Shown here piece after piece: positions 53,428 to 63,372 of a stretch of DNA of 64,000 nt. The DNA is from Deltaproteobacteria bacterium (GTDB lineage Bacteria; Desulfobacterota; Binatia; Bin18), in assembly GCA_016197285.1 (NCBI GenBank), contig JACPWD010000032.1:80389-144388 (forward strand), given 5' to 3'. Made by a program: the position numbers and the translations under genes. The number at the start of each line of letters is the position of its first letter. Within the stretch, counting starts at the first letter, position 1. The notes beneath the pieces are model-generated. The model saw nothing but the letters and a program-made list of their open reading frames with translations, did no database searches and was not told the origin of the DNA.

Positions 53428-54708
53428 TCATCCGAACTTCGCCAGGATATGACAGAGGATGCGGAAACCGTCGCGCATGTGGCTCATCTCGGCGAACTCG
53501 TTGGGCGCGTGGTAGGTGTCCATACGCCCGAAGCCGGTGATTTGTACGTCAAAGCCGTTCCGTTGCAGAAAGCGCACATACGGGAGTGTCCCCGTCAACG
53601 AGAAGGGTTTCGACTCTGGGCGTATGACGCTGATAGCTTCAGCGAGCGCCTGATATCCGGGTGAATTGCGATTGCAAGCGATGCCGCCACCGGGCGCGCC
53701 GATCGCCTCTAACTTGACGGTGCCGATGGCTTCCTCAAGCTGATAGCGGCTTGGTCCGAGCATGGGAAGATCGCGGACCTCGAGATTCTTGATAAACGCG
53801 AGCGCGCCTGCTTTGACTTCTTGAGCTGAATACCACGGCGTCAGGCGAATATCCCCTTCGACAATGGCTTTACCTGGAATCTTGGCCAACGTGTCATTTT
53901 CTATCTGTACGCGCGTAGGTTTGAGCGACGACGGTGCGAGGAATCCGTACTCGCTCTCTTTCGGATGCGGTGGGTAATTCTTGTAGAACCAGGCCTGCAA
54001 CGCTTGCGTTGCCGCGAAGGCTAGCTCGGCGGCGTTGATGCCGTTTTGCGGAAACCCGGAATGCGCCACCTTCCCTTCCACGACTAACCGCCACGTGGCC
54101 ATCCCGCCCGTGCCTAGCGTCGGCCCGAAGTTGGCGCTGTCGAGCCAATATAGCGGGCCGTTCTTCAGATGATCGAGCTTGCCGTCCTTAACGAGGCGGT
54201 TGATGCCGATGCCGTGGGTGTTCGACATTTCCTCGTTGACAATGATCACCGCGACGACGGTATGATCGAGTTGGATCTTCCGTTCGGCTAATTGGGCAAA
54301 GAGATCGGTCAGCACCGCGACATGACCGAGACAGTCCGTGACCCCCCGCCCATACAAGCGATCTCCTTCGACTTGGAGCGCGAAGGGAGAACGTTGCCAT
54401 TCTGCCGGGTCGGCCGGCACTACGTCCAAGTGCGCGCCCACGAAAGCGACGGTGTTCTTGGTCCGCCCCGGATAGGTAAGAATCAGATTGCCGCGAGGTT
54501 CCGCGTAGCTAATGTGTTCGACGCGTAGGGTGCCGGCGCGGACGAACGGCGCGAGTTCTTCACGTACGATATTCCCTGCGAGATCTTCTTGTGGAGGTGG
54601 GGTGTCTTTGAGCGGAGAATTTTGCAAACGCTCGCAATGCGCCATCATGCCGCCCAAGACGCGGAGGAAGCGTTCGTCGTGCAGTTGCCAGTCTTTTATT
54701 GAGTCCAA
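53428..54708 (-). CDS. argE: M20 family acetylornithine deacetylase-like enzyme
   Basis: AHLDVV, GRGVTDCLGH, NEE, YHAPNE metal ligands; TTG start uncertain. Confidence 0.8.
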   Translation of the reverse strand: MDSIKDWQLHDERFLRVLGGMMAHCERLQNSPLKDTPPPQEDLAGNIVREELAPFVRAGTLRVEHISYAEPRGNLILTYPGRTKNTVAFVGAHLDVVPADPAEWQRSPFALQVEGDRLYGRGVTDCLGHVAVLTDLFAQLAERKIQLDHTVVAVIIVNEEMSNTHGIGINRLVKDGKLDHLKNGPLYWLDSANFGPTLGTGGMATWRLVVEGKVAHSGFPQNGINAAELAFAATQALQAWFYKNYPPHPKESEYGFLAPSSLKPTRVQIENDTLAKIPGKAIVEGDIRLTPWYSAQEVKAGALAFIKNLEVRDLPMLGPSRYQLEEAIGTVKLEAIGAPGGGIACNRNSPGYQALAEAISVIRPESKPFSLTGTLPYVRFLQRNGFDVQITGFGRMDTYHAPNEFAEMSHMRDGFRILCHILAKFG

Positions 54709-54762
54709 AGTTCAAAGTTCCAAGGCAAAAGTAAGCCAAGCCTTTTTGCCTGTTGATTTTCT

Positions 54763-55968
54763 TTACCTGCTCGCAGTTGCTTGTGGGTGGCTTATCGGGG
54801 CCGGTGGCGCGTTACCCTTCTTCCGATCCAGGATGCGGTTCGTCAGTTGGTTCACGTAGCGTTCCAAGGGGATAGCACAGACCGTCAGCGCGGCGATCAG
54901 CAGGCACCCCAAGAGCGACACAGTGAGCATGCTCTTGTCGCGCAGGAGTTCGCCAAAGTAGATGACATACGGCTGGTGCAACAGATACAAGCCGTAGGAA
55001 AAGGCACCGACATACGCGAGCATGCTGCCGAGCCGAGGCACGAGATTCGTCCAGACCGATATGTGCGCGAGGATGATGAACAAGCCGGTGCCGATCAGTG
55101 CATCGGTCAACGTGTAGGCGAGCGCCGGACCGTAGCTGTAGAGCCCGGCCACGTAGAGCGCCACCCCAGCGAAGAACGTGCTCCCGGTGAACAGGCGTTC
55201 CTGGGCGACCTCCTGATGATGACGGTACAACCAGCCGAGCACCATGCCGGCAGCGAACTCCCAGAGCCGGGCCCCGAAGAACGCGCCTTGGACGTAATAC
55301 CCATGAGCACCGAGGACGAAGAGTAAAAGGTAACGGCTGAGAATGGTGAGCGCGCCGCACACCAGAAGAAACTTGATCGGCCCCAATTTTTGTAGGAGAC
55401 GAAAGAGCAATGGGAACACTAAGTACAGTTCAACCAGCAATCCGAAGTACCACCACGCGGGATTGATGTAGTAAAAGATGCTGGATACCGGCCACACGCG
55501 GTCGCCGAGCAAGCTCAAGAACAGCCGATAATCGAGCGGTTCGGGCAGCGCGATGAAGGGGGAGATCAAGCACACCACATGTGCCAGCCAGTACATAGGG
55601 AATAGGCGCAACAAGCGACCGCGATACCAGGTCAGCCAACCGCCGTCAGGGCTGCCGATTTTGGCCAGAGAATAGGTCAATCCGAAACCGCTCAAGATCA
55701 AAAACACTGCCACGGCATGGAAGCCCACGGAGGCAACGGCGACATAGAATCCTTTAGCGAGGCAGCCTGTGGTTTCTAGTGGAGAAGTCGGGGCGCACTG
55801 TTGTAGGAAGGAGGAAAAATAGTGCGGCCCCAGCGCGGAAGGAAAGCGGTCGTTGCCGTAAGCGCCGAAGAAATGGAAGAAGGCAATCCATAAGATCGAG
55901 ATTCCTTTGATGCTGTCGAGCCACGACAAGCGGGTGATTCCTGAGGCTGGTGTAGCGGCAGTGGCCAT
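54763..55968 (-). CDS. Acyltransferase family 3 membrane protein
   Basis: LDSIKGISI..H, VFLILSGF, RLLRLFP.Y, WYF.L..ELY, SYGLYLLH. Confidence 0.9.
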   Translation of the reverse strand: MATAATPASGITRLSWLDSIKGISILWIAFFHFFGAYGNDRFPSALGPHYFSSFLQQCAPTSPLETTGCLAKGFYVAVASVGFHAVAVFLILSGFGLTYSLAKIGSPDGGWLTWYRGRLLRLFPMYWLAHVVCLISPFIALPEPLDYRLFLSLLGDRVWPVSSIFYYINPAWWYFGLLVELYLVFPLLFRLLQKLGPIKFLLVCGALTILSRYLLLFVLGAHGYYVQGAFFGARLWEFAAGMVLGWLYRHHQEVAQERLFTGSTFFAGVALYVAGLYSYGPALAYTLTDALIGTGLFIILAHISVWTNLVPRLGSMLAYVGAFSYGLYLLHQPYVIYFGELLRDKSMLTVSLLGCLLIAALTVCAIPLERYVNQLTNRILDRKKGNAPPAPISHPQATASR

Positions 55969-56115
55969 GGACTTGCTCCTCTTGCTGGGATCATAGCCTG
56001 CCTGTCACGGACTGCGGTTGTCAAGGTGCGAACGTGTTGCGGCGCACTGTCGCTTTCGCTACCGTTCGTAAGGGAGAGTCCGAAAGACTGAGGCACCTAT
56101 GAGGAGGGAAAGACA

Positions 56116-57333
56116 ATGACGCCTGCGATTATGAGAAGACTACTCGCGCTCGTGCTGATCTGTGGAACTGTCAGCCTTGGCGCGCCTCGTTCGCTCTGGG
56201 CTGAGGCGGAGCAGCCCCAGCAGGTGCTTCTCACCTGGATGTCGGTGACAAACTGGTTATTCGAGATCGGCAACACTCGTATCCTCATGGATGGATATAT
56301 CACCCGCATCCCGGAGGCCGCGTTTTCCGGCGTGGGCTTTGCCACCGCGACGCCGACAAAACCCGACGAGCCAGCCATCCGCCGTCTCATCGACGCGCTG
56401 GGTGCCAGCGGTAAGATCGACTTTGTACTGACCGGACACAGTCACTACGATCACTCCTTCGATGCTGCAATGTGGAGCAAACTGACCGATGCGCCTATCA
56501 TCGGCTCGCGCTCGACTTGTCTCCAGGCTGTTGCCCAAGGCGTGCTAGCCTCGCAATGTACTGCTGTCGAAGGTGGAGAAGTCCTCCCGCTGGGCGATCA
56601 TGTGACCGTCAGAGTGGTGCGCTGGAATCACAGTGGAGACGTGTCCACGCCCATGGGTCGTGTCCTCTACACTCCGATGGAATTAGTGAACGGCCCGACG
56701 GTTCCGGCTGGAGCCGAAGGACTGCGGCCCGGCACCTTGCAAGACTTTCCCAACGGCGGCGGCGCGCGCGCCTACCTGTTTACTGTTACGACAGCGACTG
56801 GACCGGTGAGCTGGTTCTATTCCAACACGGGCAACGCCGAGACCTTTCAACGTCCAGCAGCCGTCGATGCGCAGTTCTTTCAGAGCCAAGGGTTTTCGCT
56901 CGACAACCTGGTCTTTGCCTCGCAGCAGAACTCGCCTCAAGAGAACCTCCGCGCGGCTCTGAAAGCCGCTGGTCTTGAGCGCGTTGATGTGTGGATCGGC
57001 TATAGTGACCAAAGCCTTGCTGAAGTGGTGGGCAAGATCCTCCGCCCGCAGGTCCATATTCCCCATCATTGGGATGGTTTGTTCACGTCGTTCTTTGCCG
57101 GTGTGCCATTTCCCTATGCTTCAGTAGCCGGAACTGACCGTGTGGCGGCAGCGTTCAAAACGCAATCGATCACGCTCCTTCCTCCACAGCAATACATGGA
57201 CACCTACCGACTGACAGCGACCGGAGTGACGCCAATCGCTAATGACGCGATCAAGGCAAAACTGGGATTAAACAAACCCCCGCCTGCGGTCTTTTCCGCA
57301 GCGCCCGGACGGATCGCCGCCCACATCGATTGA
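56116..57333 (+). CDS. Secreted metallo-beta-lactamase-fold hydrolase
   Basis: Signal peptide, GHSHYDH motif, HIPHHWD. Confidence 0.8.
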   Translation: MTPAIMRRLLALVLICGTVSLGAPRSLWAEAEQPQQVLLTWMSVTNWLFEIGNTRILMDGYITRIPEAAFSGVGFATATPTKPDEPAIRRLIDALGASGKIDFVLTGHSHYDHSFDAAMWSKLTDAPIIGSRSTCLQAVAQGVLASQCTAVEGGEVLPLGDHVTVRVVRWNHSGDVSTPMGRVLYTPMELVNGPTVPAGAEGLRPGTLQDFPNGGGARAYLFTVTTATGPVSWFYSNTGNAETFQRPAAVDAQFFQSQGFSLDNLVFASQQNSPQENLRAALKAAGLERVDVWIGYSDQSLAEVVGKILRPQVHIPHHWDGLFTSFFAGVPFPYASVAGTDRVAAAFKTQSITLLPPQQYMDTYRLTATGVTPIANDAIKAKLGLNKPPPAVFSAAPGRIAAHID

Positions 57334-57370
57334 ACCTAAACCAAACGCCATGAGCTTGACACACCAGCGT

Positions 57371-57443
57371 TGTCACCCTGAACGAAGTGAAGGGTCTTGC
57401 TTTCAGCGTCGAAGAAAGATGTCTCGCTCCGCTCGACATGACA
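57371..57443. repeat. TGTCA...TGACA palindromic element
   Basis: TGTCACCCTGAACGAAGTGAAGGGTCT...AGATGTCTCGCTCCGCTCGACATGACA; left arm nearly identical to 1195. Confidence 0.85.
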
Positions 57444-57445
57444 TA

Positions 57446-57871
57446 TTACTCACCGTTATCCAGATAGGTCTTGGTCAGGAAAAACGCATGTAAGCGCTCG
57501 AAGGAAGGGAAGTACCGATCCACGACCGCCCGCAGCACCTCCTCGAACACGCTGCTGTCGTAAGTATGGGAGAGGAGGTTGCGGTGCAGCATCCTATCGA
57601 TCCAAATTTGCGCGTCATCGAGGAGCTTGGCGGCAAAGGCTTCCTTGATGACCGTGCGGGGCGTCACCGGATTCATGACAAGACCATTTTCCTCTAGATA
57701 ATCCTTGAGTGTTTTCCAGGCCAGCTCGAACGCGACTGCAAAGCGCTGGATGGCGCCTTCTTTCTCCAGTTGGGACAGGGAATCAACCCCCCGTTCGCAG
57801 ACCTCGCGTAACAAGACAAAGGCGCGGTCGAAGTTATCGAATCGTTGCTTCCAACAGATGTCGCTATTCAT
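57446..57871 (-). CDS. HI0074-family nucleotidyltransferase substrate-binding/HEPN protein
   Basis: WKQRFDNF, EGAIQRF..FELAWKTLKDYLE, RNLLSHTYD (Rx4H). Confidence 0.9.
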   Translation of the reverse strand: MNSDICWKQRFDNFDRAFVLLREVCERGVDSLSQLEKEGAIQRFAVAFELAWKTLKDYLEENGLVMNPVTPRTVIKEAFAAKLLDDAQIWIDRMLHRNLLSHTYDSSVFEEVLRAVVDRYFPSFERLHAFFLTKTYLDNGE

Positions 57872-58177
57872 AAGAAGACGCTCGCACGTGGTGGCTCTGG
57901 GGCACCCAACTTCAGATCGCAATATCCTTCTGTTAGCCTCGGGTGTCAAGGCTTTTCTTGGCAGGATATCCAGGTCAGAAGACTGATGGTAACGAGAAGC
58001 GCTCTGGGGCAACGACCTGCGTCCCTTGTCGCTCGCGAGCGATTACGATAAAGAGAAACGATTCTATCTTTTAGAGACCAAGCTGCCAAGACGCAGCAGA
58101 AAAAGAGAAGCTTTCTGCTTTATTGCTGTCTGTTTGACTTGTAGCAGGGAGACGGTGAAGGCGGAGGAGCGCATGGA

Positions 58178-60568
58178 ATGGCCACGATGCTGACCGAAGC
58201 CGATACGTGCCGGAAATACGTCCTGCCGAGACTCGTCGCAGCGGGCTGGGATAACGATCCCCACTCCTTCACCGAGCAAAAGACCTTCACCGATGGCCGG
58301 ATCGAGATTATCGGCAACCTGAAACATCGCCGCCCGCAAAAACGGGCGGACTACCTCTTGCGCTATACCCGCGACTTTACGATTGCGGTAGTCGAAGCCA
58401 AAGCCGCCGACAAATCTCCCAGCGTTGGGCTGCAACAAGCGAAGGAATACGCCGAGATTCTCGGGCTGAAATTCGCTTACTCAACGAATGGTCACGGCAT
58501 CGTCGAGTTTGACTACCTGACCGGGAAAGAGAGCCTGCTCGCGGCCTTCCCTACTCCCCAGGAGCTATGGACTCGCCTCTGTCAGAAAGAAGGGCTGAAA
58601 GCGGAAGCAGCAAACCGTCTCCTGACGCCTTCTCATCATCTCATCGGCAAGAGCCCGCGCTATTATCAGGAGATCGCTATTAATCGCGCCGTGCAGGCGA
58701 TTCTCCAGGGCAAACGGCGAATCTTGCTTACGATGGCCACGGGCACGGGCAAGACGCTGGTGGCTTTTCAAATCTGCTGGAAGCTGTGGAATGCGCGTTG
58801 GAACCGCACCGGCGAGTATCGCCGCCCCAAGGTTCTCTATCTCGCCGACCGCAATATCCTGATTGACGATCCCAAGGATAAAACCTTTACGCCCTTCGGT
58901 GATGCGCGCTGGAAGATCGAAAACGGCGAGATCAAGAAAGGCCGGGAGATCTACTTCGCCATCTATCAAGCCATCGCGGAAGACGAGCGCCGACCGGGCC
59001 TCTACCGCGAGTATGCCCGCGACTTTTTTGACCTGATCATTGTGGATGAATGTCACCGCGGCAGCGCGCGTGATGAAAGCAACTGGCGTGAGATTCTGGA
59101 ATACTTCGAACCCGCCTATCAACTCGGAATGACAGCGACGCCGTCGCGTGCTGAAAATCGCGCCACCTATCGCTACTTCGGCAACCCGCTCTACCAATAC
59201 AGCTTGCGGCAAGGCATCGACGATGGCTTTCTTGCGCCGTATCGGGTGCACCGAGTGCTCACCACTTGGGATGCCGCCGGCTGGCGACCAAGTAAGGGTG
59301 ACTTGGACCGCTATGGCCGGGAGATCCCCGACGAAGAGTATCAGACCAAAGACTTTGAACGGGTGGTCGCGTTGCGCGCCCGCACGGAAACGATTGCGCG
59401 CCACCTCACCGACTTTCTCAAGAAGACCGATCGCTTTGCCAAAACCATCGTCTTCTGCGTGGATCAAGCGCACGCCGACGAGATGCGCCGGGCGCTCAAT
59501 AATCTCAATGCCGACCTCGTACAGAAATATCCTGACTATGTCTGCCGTGTCACTGCCGACGAAGGCCATATCGGGCGCGGCCACCTGAGCCGGTTTCAGG
59601 AGCTGGAAACCACCACCCCGGTGATTCTGACGACCTCGCAATTATTGACCACTGGGATAGATGCCCCCACATGTAAAAATATCGTCTTGGCGCGGGTGAG
59701 CAACTCGATGACGGAATTCAAGCAGATCATCGGTCGCGGCACTCGCGTGCGGGATGACTACGGCAAGCTCTCGTTCGATATCCTCGACTATACCGGCTCG
59801 GCCACCCGTCTCTTTGCTGACCCGGAATTCGATGGCGATCCCGCCCTCATTATTGAGGTAACGGTCGATGAGAACGGCGTGCCGATTCCTGGCACGGAGC
59901 AAATTACAGCAGGTGCCCCAGCCCTTTATCCGGAAGAGCAAGCGAACGAGCAGCCGCTCGGTCAATTACAGCTCTCAGCCGAGGCCGAAGGCGTGCGGCG
60001 CAAATACTATTTCGATGGCGGGCAAGTGGAAATTGCGGCGCATTTGGTCTACGACCTCGCTCCTGACGGCAAGCAACTCCGCGTGGTCAAATATACCGAC
60101 TACACTGCCGAGCAGGTGCGCTCGCTCTATGCCTCGGCGGCGGCCATACAGAAGCGATGGGGAGACCCTGAACAGCGAGCCGAGATTCTCGGACAGCTCG
60201 AAGAGCGCGGCATCGATTTCGAAGAATTGGCAGCGGCGACCAATCACCCGGAATCCGACCCCTTCGACCTGCTCTGCCACGTCGCGTTTAATGCACCGCT
60301 CCGCACGCGACGCGAGCGGGCTGACCGACTCCGCCGCGAGAAGAAAGACTTCTTTGAGCGGTATGGGGCCGATGCTCGCGCGATCCTGCTTGCCTTACTC
60401 GACAAGTATGCCGATCACGGGATGGCGCAGTTCGTTATTCCTGACGTGTTGAAGGTGCCGCCCATCTCCGAGCGCGGCAACGTGATGGAAATCGCCCGCC
60501 TCTTTGGCGGTGCAGAGCGACTGCGGCAGGCCGTGACGCAACTGCAAACGCTCCTTTACGCCGCATAA
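58178..60568 (+). CDS. hsdR: Type I R-M restriction subunit HsdR (EcoAI/EcoEI-like)
   Basis: EADTCRKYV, RADYLL..VVEAK, ATGTGKT, DECHR, TATP, QIIGRGTR, EcoEI-type C-terminus. Confidence 0.95.
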   Translation: MATMLTEADTCRKYVLPRLVAAGWDNDPHSFTEQKTFTDGRIEIIGNLKHRRPQKRADYLLRYTRDFTIAVVEAKAADKSPSVGLQQAKEYAEILGLKFAYSTNGHGIVEFDYLTGKESLLAAFPTPQELWTRLCQKEGLKAEAANRLLTPSHHLIGKSPRYYQEIAINRAVQAILQGKRRILLTMATGTGKTLVAFQICWKLWNARWNRTGEYRRPKVLYLADRNILIDDPKDKTFTPFGDARWKIENGEIKKGREIYFAIYQAIAEDERRPGLYREYARDFFDLIIVDECHRGSARDESNWREILEYFEPAYQLGMTATPSRAENRATYRYFGNPLYQYSLRQGIDDGFLAPYRVHRVLTTWDAAGWRPSKGDLDRYGREIPDEEYQTKDFERVVALRARTETIARHLTDFLKKTDRFAKTIVFCVDQAHADEMRRALNNLNADLVQKYPDYVCRVTADEGHIGRGHLSRFQELETTTPVILTTSQLLTTGIDAPTCKNIVLARVSNSMTEFKQIIGRGTRVRDDYGKLSFDILDYTGSATRLFADPEFDGDPALIIEVTVDENGVPIPGTEQITAGAPALYPEEQANEQPLGQLQLSAEAEGVRRKYYFDGGQVEIAAHLVYDLAPDGKQLRVVKYTDYTAEQVRSLYASAAAIQKRWGDPEQRAEILGQLEERGIDFEELAAATNHPESDPFDLLCHVAFNAPLRTRRERADRLRREKKDFFERYGADARAILLALLDKYADHGMAQFVIPDVLKVPPISERGNVMEIARLFGGAERLRQAVTQLQTLLYAA

Positions 60569-60583
60569 GGAAAAGATGAGCCT

Positions 60584-62182
60584 ATGGCGCTGGCAAAGAA
60601 GAAAGACCAACAGTTGGATCTCCTCAATCTTCTGCAAAGGGGGGAAAAGAGAGCACCCTCCAAGACACCCCCGCCGCAAACAACCGCCCAGCAACTCGGC
60701 AGCATCGTCAAATCCGCGCGCGACATCATGCGTAAGGATAAGGGGTTGAATGGCGACCTCGATCGCTTGCCTATGCTCACCTGGATCATGTTTCTGAAAT
60801 TTCTCGATGACATGGAGCAGATCCGCGGGGAAGAGGCGATCCTGGAAAGCAAGCGCTTCCGCCCGGCTATCGAGCCGCCGTATCGGTGGCGTGATTGGGC
60901 GGCAAAAGAGGCAGGCGTCACCGGAGATGAGCTGATTGCCTTCGTGAATAACGATGAAGCGATACGCCCGGATGGCAAACGTGGGGCTGGGCTCTTCGCC
61001 TATCTACGTAGCCTCCAAGGAGCCAATGGCGGTGATCGCCGGGATGTGGTGGCGACAGTCTTCAAGGGCACGATCAACCGCATGATCAATGGCTACCTGC
61101 TGCGGGATGTGATCAACAAGGTGAATGGCATCCACTTCACCTCCAGCGAAGAGATCCACACCCTAGGCCATCTCTATGAGTCCATGCTCAAGGAGATGCG
61201 GGATGCTGCGGGCGACTCGGGGGAGTTTTACACGCCACGTGCTGTCGTGCGCTTCATGGTCGATGTGCTCGATCCGCGTCTTGGCGAGACTGTGCTTGAT
61301 CCGGCCTGCGGCACCGGTGGATTTCTCGTGGAGGCGTACACGCACTTGGAGAAGCAGTGCAAGACTGTAAAGGATCGGCAGATCTTGCAAACGCAAAGCC
61401 TTGCCGGTGGGGAAGCGAAGCCGCTTCCCTATCTGCTGGCACAGATGAATCTGCTGCTGCATGGGCTGGAATCCCCGCCGATTGACCCCGGCAATAGCTT
61501 GCGGTTTCCGCTCAAAGAAATTGGCGATAAAGACCGGGTGGATATGATCCTTACTAATCCCCCCTTTGGCGGCGAAGAAGAGCGCGGCATCCTCTCGAAC
61601 TTTCCTGAAGACAAGCAGACCTCGGAGACGGCGCTGCTCTTCTTGCAACTCATCATGCGCAAGCTCAAGCGGCAGCCCAAGCCGGGGCGCGCCGGGCTGG
61701 TCGTGCCTAACGGCACGCTTTTCGGGGATGGCATTTGCGCCAAGATCAAAGAAGAGCTGCTCACGCAATTCAACCTGCACACCATCGTCCGTCTGCCCAA
61801 CGGCGTGTTTGCCCCCTACACGAGCATTCCGACGAATCTGCTCTTCTTCGACCGCTCAGGACCGACGGAAGCAATCTGGTACTACGAGCAGCCCTTGCCA
61901 GAGGGGCGGAAGCAATACACCAAGACACAACCTTTGCAGTATGAGGACTTTGCGCCGTGCCTGACTTGGTGGAACCAGCGTGAGGAGAACGACCGCGCGT
62001 GGCGAGCGCCGGCCAGCGAGATTCGGAAAAACAATTGCAACCTTGACCTCAAGAATCCCACCGGCAAGCAAGACTTCGAGCACCTGCCGCCGGAGCGACT
62101 GATCGAGGACATCCTCAAAAAAGAACAGCGCATTGTCGTGTTGATGGCGGAGATCGAAGCGGTGCTGGCGGAGAAACCATGA
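60584..62182 (+). CDS. hsdM: Type I R-M methyltransferase HsdM
   Basis: DIMRKDKG, GEFYTPR, DPACGTGG, TNPPFGG. Confidence 0.95.
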   Translation: MALAKKKDQQLDLLNLLQRGEKRAPSKTPPPQTTAQQLGSIVKSARDIMRKDKGLNGDLDRLPMLTWIMFLKFLDDMEQIRGEEAILESKRFRPAIEPPYRWRDWAAKEAGVTGDELIAFVNNDEAIRPDGKRGAGLFAYLRSLQGANGGDRRDVVATVFKGTINRMINGYLLRDVINKVNGIHFTSSEEIHTLGHLYESMLKEMRDAAGDSGEFYTPRAVVRFMVDVLDPRLGETVLDPACGTGGFLVEAYTHLEKQCKTVKDRQILQTQSLAGGEAKPLPYLLAQMNLLLHGLESPPIDPGNSLRFPLKEIGDKDRVDMILTNPPFGGEEERGILSNFPEDKQTSETALLFLQLIMRKLKRQPKPGRAGLVVPNGTLFGDGICAKIKEELLTQFNLHTIVRLPNGVFAPYTSIPTNLLFFDRSGPTEAIWYYEQPLPEGRKQYTKTQPLQYEDFAPCLTWWNQREENDRAWRAPASEIRKNNCNLDLKNPTGKQDFEHLPPERLIEDILKKEQRIVVLMAEIEAVLAEKP

Positions 62183-63372
62183 AGCACCGTCCCGCCAAGT
62201 CTACGCCAGGGAGACCGTCGGCTGTGCGTCACGGCCAACGTGACTACGAGGATATGCTCTCGGGAGTTGTCGAACTTCTGGATGCTGCGCGCCGCGCTGC
62301 TGCCCGTAGCGTCAATGCCCTTATGACGGCCACGTACTGGGAGATTGGCCGCAGGATCGTGGAGCGCGAGCAGGGTGGCAGAAAACGCGCGGAGTATGGA
62401 GAAGAGCTGATTGAGCGACTCTCTGTAGACCTCACTGCGCGGTTCGGACGTGGGTTTGGCCGTCGCAATCTCTTCCTTATGCGGTCGTTCTTTCTGGCAT
62501 TTCGCGGGAAAGTGCAGACACTGTCTGCACTTTCCACTGCGGCAATTCGCTCCACGCCGTCGAGCAAATCTCCACGCTCGGTTCCCCAAGTGCTGTCCGA
62601 GAAATCCGCAACACCGTCGCGGATTTTGTCGCTTGCCGACCTTGCCCATACTTTTCCCCTCCCCTGGTCACACTATGTCCTCCTCATCAGCCGCGCCCGG
62701 TCACCTGAGGCGCTTGAGTTTTATCACACTGAAGCGTTACGCGGCGGCTGGTCCGTGCGTCAGCTTGCCCGGCAGATTGGCAGCCAATTCTACGAACGCA
62801 CCGCTCTTTCCAAGAATAAGGCGGCGATGCTCACCAAAGGCACGCGGACCAAACCGGAGGATGCGGTGACCGCCGATGAGGAAATTCGTGACCCGTTGGT
62901 CTTGGAATTCCTGAACCTCAAGGACGAGTATTCCGAGCGTGAGCTGGAGGAAGCGCTGATTCGGCATCTCGAAACATTCTTGCTCGAACTCGGGGGCGAC
63001 TTTGCCTTTGTCGGACGCCAGCGGCGACTGCGCGTCGATGACGAATGGTATCGTGTAGATTTAGTGTTCTTCCACCGCGTGTTGCGTTGTCTCGTCATCA
63101 TCGATCTCAAGCTTGATCGTTTCACACACGCCGATGCTGGGCAGATGCACCTCTACCTCAACTACGCGCGTGCTCACTGGACACGACCTAACGAGAATCC
63201 TCCCGTTGGCATCATCCTCTGTGCAAGCAAGGGCGAGGCGCTGGTGCATTATGCGACCGAGGGACTGCCAAACCAGATGGTGGTGCGTGAGTACCTCACA
63301 GTACTTCCTGACGAAAAGCTGCTTGCGAAAGAAATCGAGCAGACTCGCAAGCGTTTGGAGGAGCGGAGATGA
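62179..63372 (+). CDS. DUF1016/YhcG PD-(D/E)XK nuclease-domain protein
   Basis: YWEIGRRI, LPWSHY, WSVRQL, RDPLVLEFL, FLLELG, DLVFFHR..IDLK, GQMHLY. Confidence 0.92.
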   Translation: MKHRPAKSTPGRPSAVRHGQRDYEDMLSGVVELLDAARRAAARSVNALMTATYWEIGRRIVEREQGGRKRAEYGEELIERLSVDLTARFGRGFGRRNLFLMRSFFLAFRGKVQTLSALSTAAIRSTPSSKSPRSVPQVLSEKSATPSRILSLADLAHTFPLPWSHYVLLISRARSPEALEFYHTEALRGGWSVRQLARQIGSQFYERTALSKNKAAMLTKGTRTKPEDAVTADEEIRDPLVLEFLNLKDEYSERELEEALIRHLETFLLELGGDFAFVGRQRRLRVDDEWYRVDLVFFHRVLRCLVIIDLKLDRFTHADAGQMHLYLNYARAHWTRPNENPPVGIILCASKGEALVHYATEGLPNQMVVREYLTVLPDEKLLAKEIEQTRKRLEERR

